A DNA stretch of 64,000 nt from Chloroflexota bacterium (GCA_040752335.1 JBFMEV010000012.1:6487-70486); one strand, 5' to 3'; shown: positions 20,922 to 30,964, counted from the first letter of the stretch. A program made the numbers and translations. The notes: generated by a model from the letters alone, not told the origin.

Positions 20922-21942
20922 CAGCCTCGATGGCGGCGCTGAGCTCAGCATCGACGATGACCCCTTCGAACGACCCGGTCACGATCCCTTCGCCGTCGAC
21001 GACGAAGACCCACGGCTCGGACAGCAGGCCCCACTCGACGGTCGATGGCGCGGCCGTGAGGGTCGGCGGATCGACCGAGGTGTCGAGCTTGGGCTGCAGG
21101 CTCCCGTCGCGGAGCTCCATGACATACGGCTCGACGTTGATGAAGGTAACGTCGGGGAAGTCGGCGGCGACGGCCTTGACCCGCTCGAGGGTGGGCCCGC
21201 ACTGGGCCGAGGCGCAGAACTTCGGCGTCGCGAAGACGAGGACGAACGGGTCGTGGGCCGCCAGCGCGTCCTTCACCGAGGTCTCGTAGAACGCCGGGTC
21301 GGGCTTCGCGTCGGTCGAGATCCGGGCGAGATCCCCGCCGACGGACGCCGCGGTCGGCGTGTCCGAGGCCGGCGCCGGGTCGCCGACCCTGACGACCGGA
21401 GAGGACGTCGCCACCTGGAACCGCATCCGGACCCTCTCAGGCGCCGCGTCGTTGAGCTGGGTCGTGAACTCGGCGCCCCAGTCGCCGGCCTCCGGGAAGG
21501 TCACGTTCGCGACGTAGAAGCCGCGCTCGTTCTCGATGCCCCAGACGAACGTGCCGTCGACCGTCTGGGTCGGCGTTGCGCCATCCCGCCCGAGGTCGTA
21601 GAGCGCCACCGAGACCGTTCGGTCGGGGCTGGCCACCGTCCGATCGTCCTCGCCGAGGAAGGTGAACAGGAGGCGGTTCTGGCCGCAGGTCAGGCTGCCG
21701 CTGCTGTTCACGAGGGCCGGGAAGACCGTGGGCGCCTGGGGTGCCGAGGTCCAGCCTTCCTGGTTCGGGGGCGGCGCCGGCGCCGCGACGCACGCGCCGG
21801 GATCGGGGCTGGCCGACGGGCCGAGGCTCGGCGACGGCGTGGCGGAGCCGGCGCAGGCGGCGAGGGTCATGGCGGCGAAAGTGAGGGCGGCGCCCAGGCG
21901 GGCCGCGGGCCCGGGCACCGCGGCGACGGATCGAGATGGCAT
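20914..21942 (-). CDS. Lipoprotein with C-terminal thioredoxin-like domain
   Basis: LAAC lipobox; LVFATPKFCASAQCGP, FINVE, WGLLSEPWVFVVDGEG; TACCCT 7 nt before ATG. Confidence 0.8.
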   Translation of the reverse strand: MPSRSVAAVPGPAARLGAALTFAAMTLAACAGSATPSPSLGPSASPDPGACVAAPAPPPNQEGWTSAPQAPTVFPALVNSSGSLTCGQNRLLFTFLGEDDRTVASPDRTVSVALYDLGRDGATPTQTVDGTFVWGIENERGFYVANVTFPEAGDWGAEFTTQLNDAAPERVRMRFQVATSSPVVRVGDPAPASDTPTAASVGGDLARISTDAKPDPAFYETSVKDALAAHDPFVLVFATPKFCASAQCGPTLERVKAVAADFPDVTFINVEPYVMELRDGSLQPKLDTSVDPPTLTAAPSTVEWGLLSEPWVFVVDGEGIVTGSFEGVIVDAELSAAIEAVR

Positions 21943-21996
21943 CGGCCAGAGGGTAGCCGGGCGGGCCGTTCCTCGCTGCCGGGTCGGCGGCCTAGA

Positions 21997-23985
21997 ATGA
22001 GCGCCGCCATTCCGCCGGTCCCAGCGCCCGGCGGCGCGCCGCCTGGCCCGTCGCGCCCACCACCGAGGAGCCCGTTGACCCGATTCCAGCGCCTCGCCGC
22101 CGCCACCGTTGCGACGACGTTCCTGCTCGTCACGATCGGCGTGCTCGTCCGGGCGACCGATTCGGGATTGGCCTGCCCGCACTGGCCGGGCTGCTTCGAA
22201 GGCCAGTTCCTGCCCGGCCTCGACGCCGGCTACCAGGTCTGGCTCGAGTGGATCCACCGGACGATCGCCGCCGTCATCGGCTTCCTGATCATCGGGCTGG
22301 CCGCGCTGGCGGTCCTCGACCATCGCGATCGGGCCTCGATCCTGTGGCCGTCGCTTGCCGCCGTCGGGCTCGTCGGCTTCCAGGCCTGGCTCGGCCGGGA
22401 GACGGTCCGGCTCGGCAACAGCGGCGAGAGTGTGACCTCCCACCTGGCGGCCGCGATGGCCCTTATGGGCATCCTCGTGTTCCTGCTCGTCCGGGCGTCC
22501 CATCCTGCCCGGATTCCCGCCCACGGCGGCAGCCAGCGGTTCACCCTCCTGGCCGCCTTCGCCGCCGCCGCGACGTTCGTCCTGCTGCTCTTCGGCTCCA
22601 ACGTCACCGCCCGCAACGCCGGCCTGGTGTTCCTGGACTGGCCGCTGATGTCGGGCGGCCTGTACCCGTTCGACCCGTCCCTGCCGAGTGATGTGGCGGC
22701 CCTCTACGCCACGCATGCCCTCCACCGCTACGTCGCCGGGGTGGTCCTGCTGGTCCTGCTGGCGCTCGCGGTCGCGGCCTGGCGGACCCAGCGATCCCGG
22801 CCCGGGCTCCGGACCATGGCCGTCGGCCTGTTCGCGCTCTACCTGGTCCAGGTCGTGGTCGGCGGGCTCCAGGTCCTGACCCTCCTGTCGGACTGGAGCC
22901 AGACCCTCCACCTCGCCCTCGGGGCGCTGCTGTGGGGCGGGACGGTGGCCCTCGCGGTGGCGAGCTACTACGCGGCCCGGGCTGAGCCCGTGGGTGCCGC
23001 CGGCGCAGCGGTCGGCGGCGCTCCGGGTGCCGGGGCAGAGGGCGGCCCGGAATCGGAGACGGTCGATGGGCCGGCCGTGCCGACAACGGGCGACACGATC
23101 CGGGCCTACATCGCCCTGACAAAGCCGCGGATCATCGAGCTCCTGCTCGTGACGACCGTGCCGGCGATGGTCCTCGCGACCCGCGACGTGCCCGGCATCC
23201 AGCCGATGGACTGGCTCCGCCTGACTCTGTGGACGCTGGTCTGCGGGACCCTCGCCGCCGGTGCCGCCAACGCCATCAACCAGTACCTGGACCGGGACAT
23301 CGACGAGCGCATGGTCAGGACCCGGCGCCGGCCCCTGCCGTCCCACGCCGTCTCGCCCGACCGGGCGATGGTCTTCGGCATCGTCCTCGGCGCGATCTCG
23401 GTCGCCCTGATGGCTGCGTTCGTGAACCTCGTGGCGGCCTTCCTGACGCTCCTCGCGATCGCCTTCTACGTCGTCGTCTACACGATCATGCTCAAGCGAA
23501 GCACGCCCCAGAACATCGTCATCGGTGGGGCCGCCGGCGCGCTCCCGCCGGTCATCGGCTGGGCGGCCGTGACGGGCGGCGTGGGCCTGCCGGCGCTGAT
23601 GCTGTTCCTGCTCGTGTTCTACTGGACGCCACCTCACTTCTGGGCCCTCGCCCTGCGCATCCGGACGGACTACGCGACGGCCGGCGTCCCGATGCTGCCG
23701 GTCGTCCGCGGGATCGCCGAAACGAGCCGCCAGATCGCCCTGTACACGGCCCTGCTCGTGGCCATCTCGCTCGTCTTCGCGGTCGTCGCCCAGATGGGCC
23801 TCGTCTACCTCGCCGCCGCGGTCATCCTGGGTACGGGCTTCCTGTGGCGCGCGTTCCGGCTGTGGCGCGAGGGTTCGGCCCCGGAGGCATCCACCGCCCA
23901 GGCGATCCGGCTGTACCGCTACTCGATCACCTACCTGACGCTGCTCTTCGTCGCGGTCGCTCTCGACGCCCTGCCGATCCTCTGA
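21997..23985 (+). CDS. ctaB: Fused haem A synthase (CtaA) and haem O synthase (CtaB/CyoE)
   Basis: N-half GLACPHWPGC, EWIHR, DWPL, HALHR; C-half LTKPRII, DRDIDERMVRTRRRPL, IGGAAGALPP, WTPPHFWAL. Confidence 0.92.
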   Translation: MSAAIPPVPAPGGAPPGPSRPPPRSPLTRFQRLAAATVATTFLLVTIGVLVRATDSGLACPHWPGCFEGQFLPGLDAGYQVWLEWIHRTIAAVIGFLIIGLAALAVLDHRDRASILWPSLAAVGLVGFQAWLGRETVRLGNSGESVTSHLAAAMALMGILVFLLVRASHPARIPAHGGSQRFTLLAAFAAAATFVLLLFGSNVTARNAGLVFLDWPLMSGGLYPFDPSLPSDVAALYATHALHRYVAGVVLLVLLALAVAAWRTQRSRPGLRTMAVGLFALYLVQVVVGGLQVLTLLSDWSQTLHLALGALLWGGTVALAVASYYAARAEPVGAAGAAVGGAPGAGAEGGPESETVDGPAVPTTGDTIRAYIALTKPRIIELLLVTTVPAMVLATRDVPGIQPMDWLRLTLWTLVCGTLAAGAANAINQYLDRDIDERMVRTRRRPLPSHAVSPDRAMVFGIVLGAISVALMAAFVNLVAAFLTLLAIAFYVVVYTIMLKRSTPQNIVIGGAAGALPPVIGWAAVTGGVGLPALMLFLLVFYWTPPHFWALALRIRTDYATAGVPMLPVVRGIAETSRQIALYTALLVAISLVFAVVAQMGLVYLAAAVILGTGFLWRAFRLWREGSAPEASTAQAIRLYRYSITYLTLLFVAVALDALPIL

Positions 23986-24051
23986 TCTGGCCGCAGGGTA
24001 CGCCGCGGCCGCCCGCAGGGTCCGCCGCGGCGGCGCACCGCGTCCCGCCAT

Positions 24052-24077
24052 GGAACTACCGAGGCCCGGCCGGCGTC
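24052..24077 (+). promoter_or_regulatory. ECF-type promoter GGAACT-N15-GCGTC
   Basis: GGAACTaccgaggcccggccgGCGTC upstream of the 24155 gene. Confidence 0.5.
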
Positions 24078-24154
24078 CCGCCGCCATGGATGACGGTGCC
24101 GGCTCTCGAGCCCCGTCGGCCGGCGTCCCAAGGTTGAGCGAGGAGGAAGCGTCC

Positions 24155-24748
24155 ATGGCCCCGTCCCGACCCGTCCGCGTGATCGGCGCGAGTCACGTGG
24201 GCCGCGTTGTCCGCGTCGCCACGGCCGGCGTTGCCGTCCTCGTCGCGCTGCTGGCGCCGGGCGCGGCCTCGGCGTCGTGCCTCCCGCCGGTCGCCGGCGA
24301 GGCCCCGTGGGCCTCGGCCGACGTCGTCTTCCTCGGCACGGTCACAAGCCTGGCCAACAACGATCGCTGGGCGACCGTCCACGTCGAGGAGGTCTGGGTC
24401 GGGCCCGACCAGCCGGTCGACGTCGTCGTCCGCGGCGGGCCGGAGGGCAATACCGCGACGTCGGTCGACCGGACCTACCTCCTCGGCGCGCGCTACGTTT
24501 TCGGTGTGACCGTCGTCGACGGCCAGCTCCAGGACAACGCCTGCTCGGGCACGACCCTGGCCGAGGCGGTCGACCTCGCGGCGATGCGGCCGGCCGACGT
24601 TCGGCCCCCGACGGGTGGCGGCAGCGACACCGTCGGCGCCGGCGGCGGGTTCGACCTCGGCGGCCTGGCCGGGCCCGTGCTCCTCGTCTCGGTCGTGGGT
24701 GGCCTCCTCCTGGCCACGGTCCTCGTTGCCCGGCGCCGGGAGTCCTGA
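24155..24748 (+). CDS. Surface protein with TIMP/netrin-like OB domain and C-terminal anchor
   Basis: SD GAGGAGG; signal peptide then SCLPP..ADVVFLGTV..V.EVW.G..G.RY...C; C-terminal TM plus RRR. Confidence 0.7.
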   Translation: MAPSRPVRVIGASHVGRVVRVATAGVAVLVALLAPGAASASCLPPVAGEAPWASADVVFLGTVTSLANNDRWATVHVEEVWVGPDQPVDVVVRGGPEGNTATSVDRTYLLGARYVFGVTVVDGQLQDNACSGTTLAEAVDLAAMRPADVRPPTGGGSDTVGAGGGFDLGGLAGPVLLVSVVGGLLLATVLVARRRES

Positions 24749-24796
24749 CCTCCGCGTCAGGCCGCCCGATCGACGTCGGCCAGGAGCGCGCCGCGG

Positions 24797-26479
24797 TCAG
24801 GCGCCCCGCTCGAGGTCGGCCAGGAGCGGCGCGGCGGTGAGCGGCCCGCCGAGGAAGTCGAGCAGGATGTCGCGCGGTGTCCGGGCCCCGGCGAAGCGCA
24901 GGAGCCGCTCGGAGACGAAGGCGTACCAGCCGGGATCGCCGGTGGCCCAGTCGCCGCGGAGCTCTCGGATCCGCGCCCTCACGGCGGCTACCACGATGGC
25001 CCCGAGTGCGTAGTTGGCGAGGTAGCCCGGTCCGTCGATGAGCTGGCCACGGTGGGCCCACCACGACCACTCCGGGTGACCCACGACCCCGAGCTGGCCC
25101 TCGGCGAGCTCCGCCCAGACGTTGTTCGGAGCCCGGTCCGGGTGGCGGTGGAGCTCGAGCTCGAAGAGCGTCCAGCAGGCGTCGAACATCACCCCGGCGT
25201 AACGCGCGGCGACCGATTCGCGGCTCGAGACCGTGGCCCCGAGATGGCGGGCCAGGAAGGCCGGTTCGTGGACGGTCCAGCCCACGACGTCGGCCGCCGC
25301 CTCGACGAACGCGGTCTGGTCGGCCGGCCATGAGAAGAGCGCCGGCCGGGCCCGGAGGGCAGCGTAGTGGAGGGCGTGGCCGCTCTCGTGGAGCAGCTCC
25401 TCGAGGTTGCCGAGCCCGCCCTGGGTGTAGGTCGCGAAGATCCACGGTCGGGCCGGCCGCCACCGCCCGCCGCCGAACCGGGCGATGGTGAAGGCCACGG
25501 TGAAGGCCGTCGGGATGATCGGCCGTCCGTCACGCGGGACGAGGTCGTAGGCGATCCCGAGGTCGGCCGGGTCGGCCCCGATCTCGGCGAGATGGGCATC
25601 GTTGATCGGGCGGAGGCGGGGCAGGCTGATCTCGGGGTCCAGGCGGCGGGCCAGCCCGCCGGTGACGTAGCGGACGTCCCATGGCTCCACCGGTCCGGGC
25701 GGCATCGCCGCTTCGCGGAACGCGGCGAGGACGCGGCGGAGGGTCGGCTCGATGGTCGCCGGGTCCAGCCCCAGGGCGGCCGCGTTCGCGGCGATCGGGG
25801 AGCCGTCGCGGCGCCAGCGCTCCGCCGAGGCTCTGAGCAGGCGGCGGTACGGACCGTCCGGGTCCTCCGGACCACCCGGCCCGTCGAGGACTGCCCAGCC
25901 CGGGGCCATCGCCAGGAAGAGCCGTCGCCTGTTCGCCGGGTCCGGCTCACGCCCCAGTCGCGCGGCCACGGCCAGGCGGTCCAGGTGCTCCCCGTCGACG
26001 CGGAGGTCGGCCATCGCGGCGCCCCAGGCCTCGAAGGTGGATCGACGGAGCCTGGCGATCTCCGGCTCGTCCCCATCGTCGGCCGGTGGCGAATCCGCGA
26101 ACCGCAGCCCGTCGAGCGGCTCCGGCCAGGCGTCGAGGTCCGGCAGGCTGGCCCGGACGTTGGCCAGGGCGTCGGCGTCGGCGGCAGCCAGACGCTCGAC
26201 ATCGATCGCCGCGATCCGCTCGCCGAGGGCCCGGCGCGCCCCGATGAGGGCGTCGGCAAATCCAGCGTCGGCCAGCCCCGCGTCGGTCAACCCAGCCTCC
26301 GCCAGGTCAACCCCGGCGCCTGGCGCGGGTTCGACGGGGGCGCCCCGATGATGGCCCACCATCCAGGCGCCCCAGGCGTCCTGGTAGGTGGCGTACGCGG
26401 CCTCGAGCGCCTCGAACGCCGGATCATGGGTCCAGCGGACCGGCGCCACGCCGATCGGCCGGGGCTCCGCCTCATGCAC
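24797..26479 (-). CDS. Gluzincin metallopeptidase (M3/M2/M32-like)
   Basis: LLHESGHALH, downstream FVEAAA, GYLANYALG. Confidence 0.75.
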   Translation of the reverse strand: MHEAEPRPIGVAPVRWTHDPAFEALEAAYATYQDAWGAWMVGHHRGAPVEPAPGAGVDLAEAGLTDAGLADAGFADALIGARRALGERIAAIDVERLAAADADALANVRASLPDLDAWPEPLDGLRFADSPPADDGDEPEIARLRRSTFEAWGAAMADLRVDGEHLDRLAVAARLGREPDPANRRRLFLAMAPGWAVLDGPGGPEDPDGPYRRLLRASAERWRRDGSPIAANAAALGLDPATIEPTLRRVLAAFREAAMPPGPVEPWDVRYVTGGLARRLDPEISLPRLRPINDAHLAEIGADPADLGIAYDLVPRDGRPIIPTAFTVAFTIARFGGGRWRPARPWIFATYTQGGLGNLEELLHESGHALHYAALRARPALFSWPADQTAFVEAAADVVGWTVHEPAFLARHLGATVSSRESVAARYAGVMFDACWTLFELELHRHPDRAPNNVWAELAEGQLGVVGHPEWSWWAHRGQLIDGPGYLANYALGAIVVAAVRARIRELRGDWATGDPGWYAFVSERLLRFAGARTPRDILLDFLGGPLTAAPLLADLERGA

Positions 26480-26646
26480 GCCCGCATCGTAGGCCGCCGC
26501 TCGTCGCCGGTGGCCGACACGGGTGGGGTCAGGGGGCGCGCGCTTCCGATCGAGGAGGCCGATGGCGCGGGCTGTCCCGGCCGCCTGATCGGCGCCACCG
26601 ACCCCCGTGACACCACGCGGGTCACGCGCGCTGGCACACTCCGCGG

Positions 26647-28341
26647 ATGGACCTCCACTTTCTCGGTGGCGCCACGACCGTCACCGGTTCGCGGTTCCTG
26701 CTCACGACCGCGCGGGCCCGCGTCCTCGTCGACTGCGGGATGTTTCAGGGCAGCCCCAACGAGTCGATCCGGAACCGGATCCCGCTGGGCTTCGATCCCA
26801 CGACCGTCAACGCAATCCTCCTGACCCACGCCCACCTCGACCACTGCGGGCTCCTCCCGATCGCCGTTAGCGAGGGCTACCAGGGCCCGATCCTGGCGAC
26901 CTCGGCGACCGCCGAGCTGGCGTCGCTCGTCCTGCTCGACAGCGGCCGGCTCCACGAGGAGTTCGCCAAGCGCCAGTCGCGCTGGGAGGCCCGCAATCCC
27001 GAGAAGGCGATCGTCGAGGACCGCGAGGACGCCGTCGAGTACGTCGAGGCGCTCGAGGAGGCGCAGCGAAACCACGAGGGACCCGCCACCGATGGCACCG
27101 ACCGTGGCCCCGGGGACCCCTTCCCGGATCTCGGGCGGCTCGTCTTCGCCGTCGGCTCGGTGACCACGGGCGAGCATGTCGAGACGACCATCGAGCCGGC
27201 CGGCGACTGGGTTCCCCGCGAGCCGGGCGCCGACCCGGAGGCGGAGCTTCGGGCTCAGCGGCCCGAGCTGATCATCGACCTCGACGCCCCGCTCTACACC
27301 GAGCAGCAGGCGGCGGCCGTGATGCCGCTGTTCCGGACCGTCCGCTACGACCGCGAGGTCGAGGTCGCCCCGGGCGTCCACGCCACGTTCCTCGACGCCG
27401 GCCACATCCTGGGCTCGGCGATCATCCGGCTCCGCGTCCGGGAGACGGACGCCGGCCCGGAGCGGACGGTCGTCTTCTCCGGCGACCTCGGTCGGCCCCA
27501 CGCCCCGATCCTGCGGGACCCCGCCGTCCTGACCGAGGCCGACTACGTCGTCGTCGAATCGACCTACGGCGGGCGCGAGCACGAGCCCGCGGAGGCGGCC
27601 CTCCGGACGCTCGCCGAGGCGGTCCGCGAGGTCGATCGGGCCGGTGGCGTCCTCCTCGTCCCGTCGTTCGCGATCGGGCGGACCCAGGAGCTCGTCTTCG
27701 AGCTCGATCGGCTCATCGATGCCGGTGAGATCCCGACGCTGCCGCTCTACCTCGACTCGCCGATGGCCTCGAAGGCCTCCGACATCTACCGCCGCCACCC
27801 GGAGATGTACGACGAGGAGACCGCCGCGCTCCTCGCCTCGGGCGACACGCCCCTGGACTACCCCGACCAGCGGGTCACCAACGACGTCCGCCAGTCGAAG
27901 GCGATCGCCCGCTCACCCCGGCCGTACATGATCATCGCCTCGAACGGGATGCTCACCGGCGGCCGCGTCGTGGCCCACCTCCGGGAGCTCATCGACGATC
28001 CCAGGGCCACCCTCCTGTTCGTCGGCTACCAGGGCCAGGGCACGCTCGGGGCCCACCTCCAGGCCGGCGCCGAGACGGTCAAGCTCGACGGCCAGGTCCG
28101 CCGCGTCCGCTGCACGATCCGCTCGATCAGCGGGTTCTCGGCCCACGCGGACGAGACGGAGCTCCTCGCCTGGCTCGGCCGCTTCGGCGAGGGGCGTCGC
28201 CGCGGCGAGCCCGGCTACCCGCGGAAGGTCTTCCTCGTCCACGGCGACCCGGATGCGCAACTGGCCCTGGAGCCCAAGGTCCGGGACCTCGGCTTCGAGG
28301 CCCACGTCCCGATCTGGCACGAACAGGTGTCGCTCGATTGA
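26647..28341 (+). CDS. MBL-fold beta-CASP ribonuclease
   Basis: VDCGMFQG, THAHLDHCG, AGHILGS, SGDLG, ESTYG, FSAHAD, LVHG. Confidence 0.92.
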   Translation: MDLHFLGGATTVTGSRFLLTTARARVLVDCGMFQGSPNESIRNRIPLGFDPTTVNAILLTHAHLDHCGLLPIAVSEGYQGPILATSATAELASLVLLDSGRLHEEFAKRQSRWEARNPEKAIVEDREDAVEYVEALEEAQRNHEGPATDGTDRGPGDPFPDLGRLVFAVGSVTTGEHVETTIEPAGDWVPREPGADPEAELRAQRPELIIDLDAPLYTEQQAAAVMPLFRTVRYDREVEVAPGVHATFLDAGHILGSAIIRLRVRETDAGPERTVVFSGDLGRPHAPILRDPAVLTEADYVVVESTYGGREHEPAEAALRTLAEAVREVDRAGGVLLVPSFAIGRTQELVFELDRLIDAGEIPTLPLYLDSPMASKASDIYRRHPEMYDEETAALLASGDTPLDYPDQRVTNDVRQSKAIARSPRPYMIIASNGMLTGGRVVAHLRELIDDPRATLLFVGYQGQGTLGAHLQAGAETVKLDGQVRRVRCTIRSISGFSAHADETELLAWLGRFGEGRRRGEPGYPRKVFLVHGDPDAQLALEPKVRDLGFEAHVPIWHEQVSLD

Positions 28342-28370
28342 CCCCAGCTGTCGTCCCGGCCGCCCTCATC

Positions 28371-28434
28371 GTCGGTCGTTGCGCGGGGCGTACCAGGCAT
28401 CCGGACCACGGTCGGTCGCTGCGCCGGGTGTACC
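28371..28434. repeat. Two imperfect 24-bp direct repeats, 40-bp period
   Basis: GTCGGTCGTTGCGCGGGGCGTACC and GTCGGTCGCTGCGCCGGGTGTACC between convergent genes. Confidence 0.6.
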
Positions 28435-28503
28435 GAGCGCCGCCCTGGGCCGGCGCCCCCCGCGCAGCTCGGGCGTCGGTGCCGCCGAACGGTCGGATCC
28501 GCC

Positions 28504-29298
28504 TCAGCGGATCGGCGGCTCGATCGTGATCGGCTCGCCCCAGCGCGAGAACTCGATCGTGGTCGTCCCAGCGAAATCGAGCTCCTGCTCCCCGATCGCC
28601 CCGGCGGCCTCGATCGCGAGCTCGAGGCCGACCGGCACGCCCGCTGGTGTCAGGACGAGGACCTGCCCGGTGATCTGGCCGGTCATCCCGCTCTCGCGCA
28701 TCGAGCCCGTCTCATAGGGCATCGGCGTGGTCGAGCGGAACCGGAGGTTGCCGGCCTCGTCCCGGCCTTCGAATTCGAGGTCCACACGCGGCGCGACGTA
28801 GCGCCAGACATCGACGATGTCCTCCGGGCCGAGGGCCGCCGGATCGGTCTCGGTCCAATCGCCGTCATCGACCTTGATCCAGGCGCGGTCGCCCACGAGC
28901 ACCAGCTCGAACTCGACCTGCGACCCGAGGCCGCCGGCCGATGCGGCCCCGGCGAAGGCGGTGCCGGCGACGTCGAGGTCGTACTCGGCGGTGATGAAGG
29001 GGACACCGCCGGTCTCGAGCGTCGCCTCCTGCCGAAGGTGGAACGACAGCGCCTCGGGCTCGGCCACGGTCGCGAAGAAGGCGTCCAGGGCGGCCTCCGC
29101 CCCTGCGTCCGGCGCGGCCGGCGTGGCGGTCCCAGGTGGTGCGGAATCGGTGGCCGCCGGCGTGGGGGATGCCGTCGCGGGGGCCGGGCTGGGCGAGGCC
29201 GTCTGGCCGCAGCCGGCCAGGACGACCATGGTCGCGGCCAGGACGGCTGCCGCGGTGGCGAGGCGCCGGTGGTCCGTTGGGCGCTGTCGGCGATTCAT
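28504..29298 (-). CDS. Lipoprotein, LppX/LprAFG (LolA-like) fold
   Basis: LAGC lipobox; LVLVGDRAWIK..W; TIEFSRWGEPITIEPP C-terminus. Confidence 0.7.
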   Translation of the reverse strand: MNRRQRPTDHRRLATAAAVLAATMVVLAGCGQTASPSPAPATASPTPAATDSAPPGTATPAAPDAGAEAALDAFFATVAEPEALSFHLRQEATLETGGVPFITAEYDLDVAGTAFAGAASAGGLGSQVEFELVLVGDRAWIKVDDGDWTETDPAALGPEDIVDVWRYVAPRVDLEFEGRDEAGNLRFRSTTPMPYETGSMRESGMTGQITGQVLVLTPAGVPVGLELAIEAAGAIGEQELDFAGTTTIEFSRWGEPITIEPPIR

Positions 29299-29320
29299 CT
29301 GGCGACTCCAGCTCCGATGT

Positions 29321-30232
29321 TCAGCCGGCGGGCTTTCGAGGGCGGGTCCGGGCCGCGATCCGCTCGAGGGCCCCGGTCCAGCCCGGATCGAACGGCTGGC
29401 CCGGCTTGTCCAGGTCGACGACGACGGGAGCGTGATCCGACGGCGTGGGCGGGCCCTTGCGGGCCTGGCGATCGATCTCCGCCCAGATGACCCGGTCGGC
29501 GACCGGTCGGGTGGCGTACAGGAGGTCAATCCGCATGCCCTCGTTGCGATGGAACATCCCGGCCCGGTAATCCCACCACGAGAAGCGGCCGGGGGCGGTG
29601 TTCACCGTGCGGTAGGTGTCCAACAGGCCCCACTCGCGGAGCCGGGCCAGGGCCTCTCGCTCGGGCCCCGAGACGTGAGTCCCGCCGTGCGCCGCGACTG
29701 GATCCCAGACGTCCTCGTCGGCCGGAGTCACGTTGTAGTCACCGGCCAGGAGGAGCGGCTCGGCAGGGGAGCGGGTCTCGGCGAGCCAGCGGTCCAGTCG
29801 CCGGTACCAGCGAAGCTTGCCCTCGTAGAAGGGCGACCCCACGACGCGGCCGTTCGGGGCGTAGAGGGCCACGACCCGGATCCCGCCGCAGACCGCCGAA
29901 AGCATCCGGGCCTCGTCGAGGGGGTTGAAATCCTCCTCCTGGAGCCCGACCGCGCCGGGTCCGCTGTCCCGGACCGGCCCGTCGCCAAAGTTCATGACGA
30001 CATCCTCGGCCCCGAGGCCCCGGCGGACCGCGATCGCGACGCCGTTCCAGCGGCCCTCGCCGTGGTGGACGAGGTCGTAGCCGTGCATCCCGAATGGCAT
30101 CACCGGGGCCTCGGCGTCGGTGAGCTTCGTCTCCTGCATCAGGAGGACGTCCGGCCGGACCCGCTCGAGCCACAGCTCCACGGCCTCCATCCGGGCCTTC
30201 AGCGAGTTGACGTTCCAGGTCGCGATCCGCAT
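29321..30232 (-). CDS. xth: Exodeoxyribonuclease III / AP endonuclease
   Basis: MRIATWNVNS, MQETK, YAPNG, GDYN, FSWWDYR, RIDL, SDHAP. Confidence 0.95.
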   Translation of the reverse strand: MRIATWNVNSLKARMEAVELWLERVRPDVLLMQETKLTDAEAPVMPFGMHGYDLVHHGEGRWNGVAIAVRRGLGAEDVVMNFGDGPVRDSGPGAVGLQEEDFNPLDEARMLSAVCGGIRVVALYAPNGRVVGSPFYEGKLRWYRRLDRWLAETRSPAEPLLLAGDYNVTPADEDVWDPVAAHGGTHVSGPEREALARLREWGLLDTYRTVNTAPGRFSWWDYRAGMFHRNEGMRIDLLYATRPVADRVIWAEIDRQARKGPPTPSDHAPVVVDLDKPGQPFDPGWTGALERIAARTRPRKPAG

Positions 30233-30271
30233 CGCTGTCTCCCCCGTCGCCGGCCGGTCCTTCGCCCGCGC

Positions 30272-30964
30272 TCAGTAGCGCCGACCGCGCTGGCGGGCCA
30301 GGTCGAAGGTGGCCGTGTCGGCGATGGCCATGACCGCCATCGTCCCGGCCTGGACGGGGTCGGAGACGACGAGATCGACCGCGCCGGTGATCGAGCCGAC
30401 CATGTTCAACGAGATGATCGGGATGCCCTGGTCGCGGAGCTCCCGGGCGGCGGTCGAGATCTCGCCGCCCATGATCGAGCCCGCCAGGACGAGGAGGCGG
30501 GCGCGCGGCAGGTCGGCAACCGCCCGGACGGCGGCGGCGATGTCCTTCTCGCCGACGAGGGCAATCGTGTCGACCGAGATCCGCTCGCCGCGGAGGTTGT
30601 GCCGGTCGGCCTCGCTGACGGCGCCGAGGGCCACCTGGGCCACCTGGGCCCCGGCGCCGATGACGATGACCCGCTTGCCGAAGACGCGGTCGAGGGCTCG
30701 GGTCAACCGATGGGCCCGGACGCCCGGCGTCGCCTCGATCGACCGGACGAGCGGCTCTTCGTCGAGCAGCTCGACCTCGATCTCGAGCTCGACACCGGCC
30801 GGCGCAGCGTCGTCTATCGGCGCCAGTCGACGGACCGTCGAGAGGGTTCGCAGGATGCCGCCGGCGTCCGCGACTCGGGCGAGCAGGGCGGGGATCGCCG
30901 CGGGCCCGTCGTCGAGCGCAACGTGGACCGCGACGGTCGGGGGCAACGACTGGCGGCGGGTCAT
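30272..30964 (-). CDS. ACT-like plus DUF5612 (COG2150-type) protein
   Basis: GKRVIVIGAGAQVAQVALGAVSEADRHNLRGERISVDT...LAGSIMGG...SLNMVGS...DPVQAGTMAVM. Confidence 0.85.
   Translation of the reverse strand: MTRRQSLPPTVAVHVALDDGPAAIPALLARVADAGGILRTLSTVRRLAPIDDAAPAGVELEIEVELLDEEPLVRSIEATPGVRAHRLTRALDRVFGKRVIVIGAGAQVAQVALGAVSEADRHNLRGERISVDTIALVGEKDIAAAVRAVADLPRARLLVLAGSIMGGEISTAARELRDQGIPIISLNMVGSITGAVDLVVSDPVQAGTMAVMAIADTATFDLARQRGRRY

Noticed and set aside
20914-24156. 1080-aa minus-strand ORF as a single protein
   Set aside because: Only 20914-21942 is a credible lipoprotein; the rest is antisense to ctaA-ctaB
26980-27285. Intein in the beta-CASP RNase
   Set aside because: No C/S start, no HN-C/S/T end and no splicing blocks
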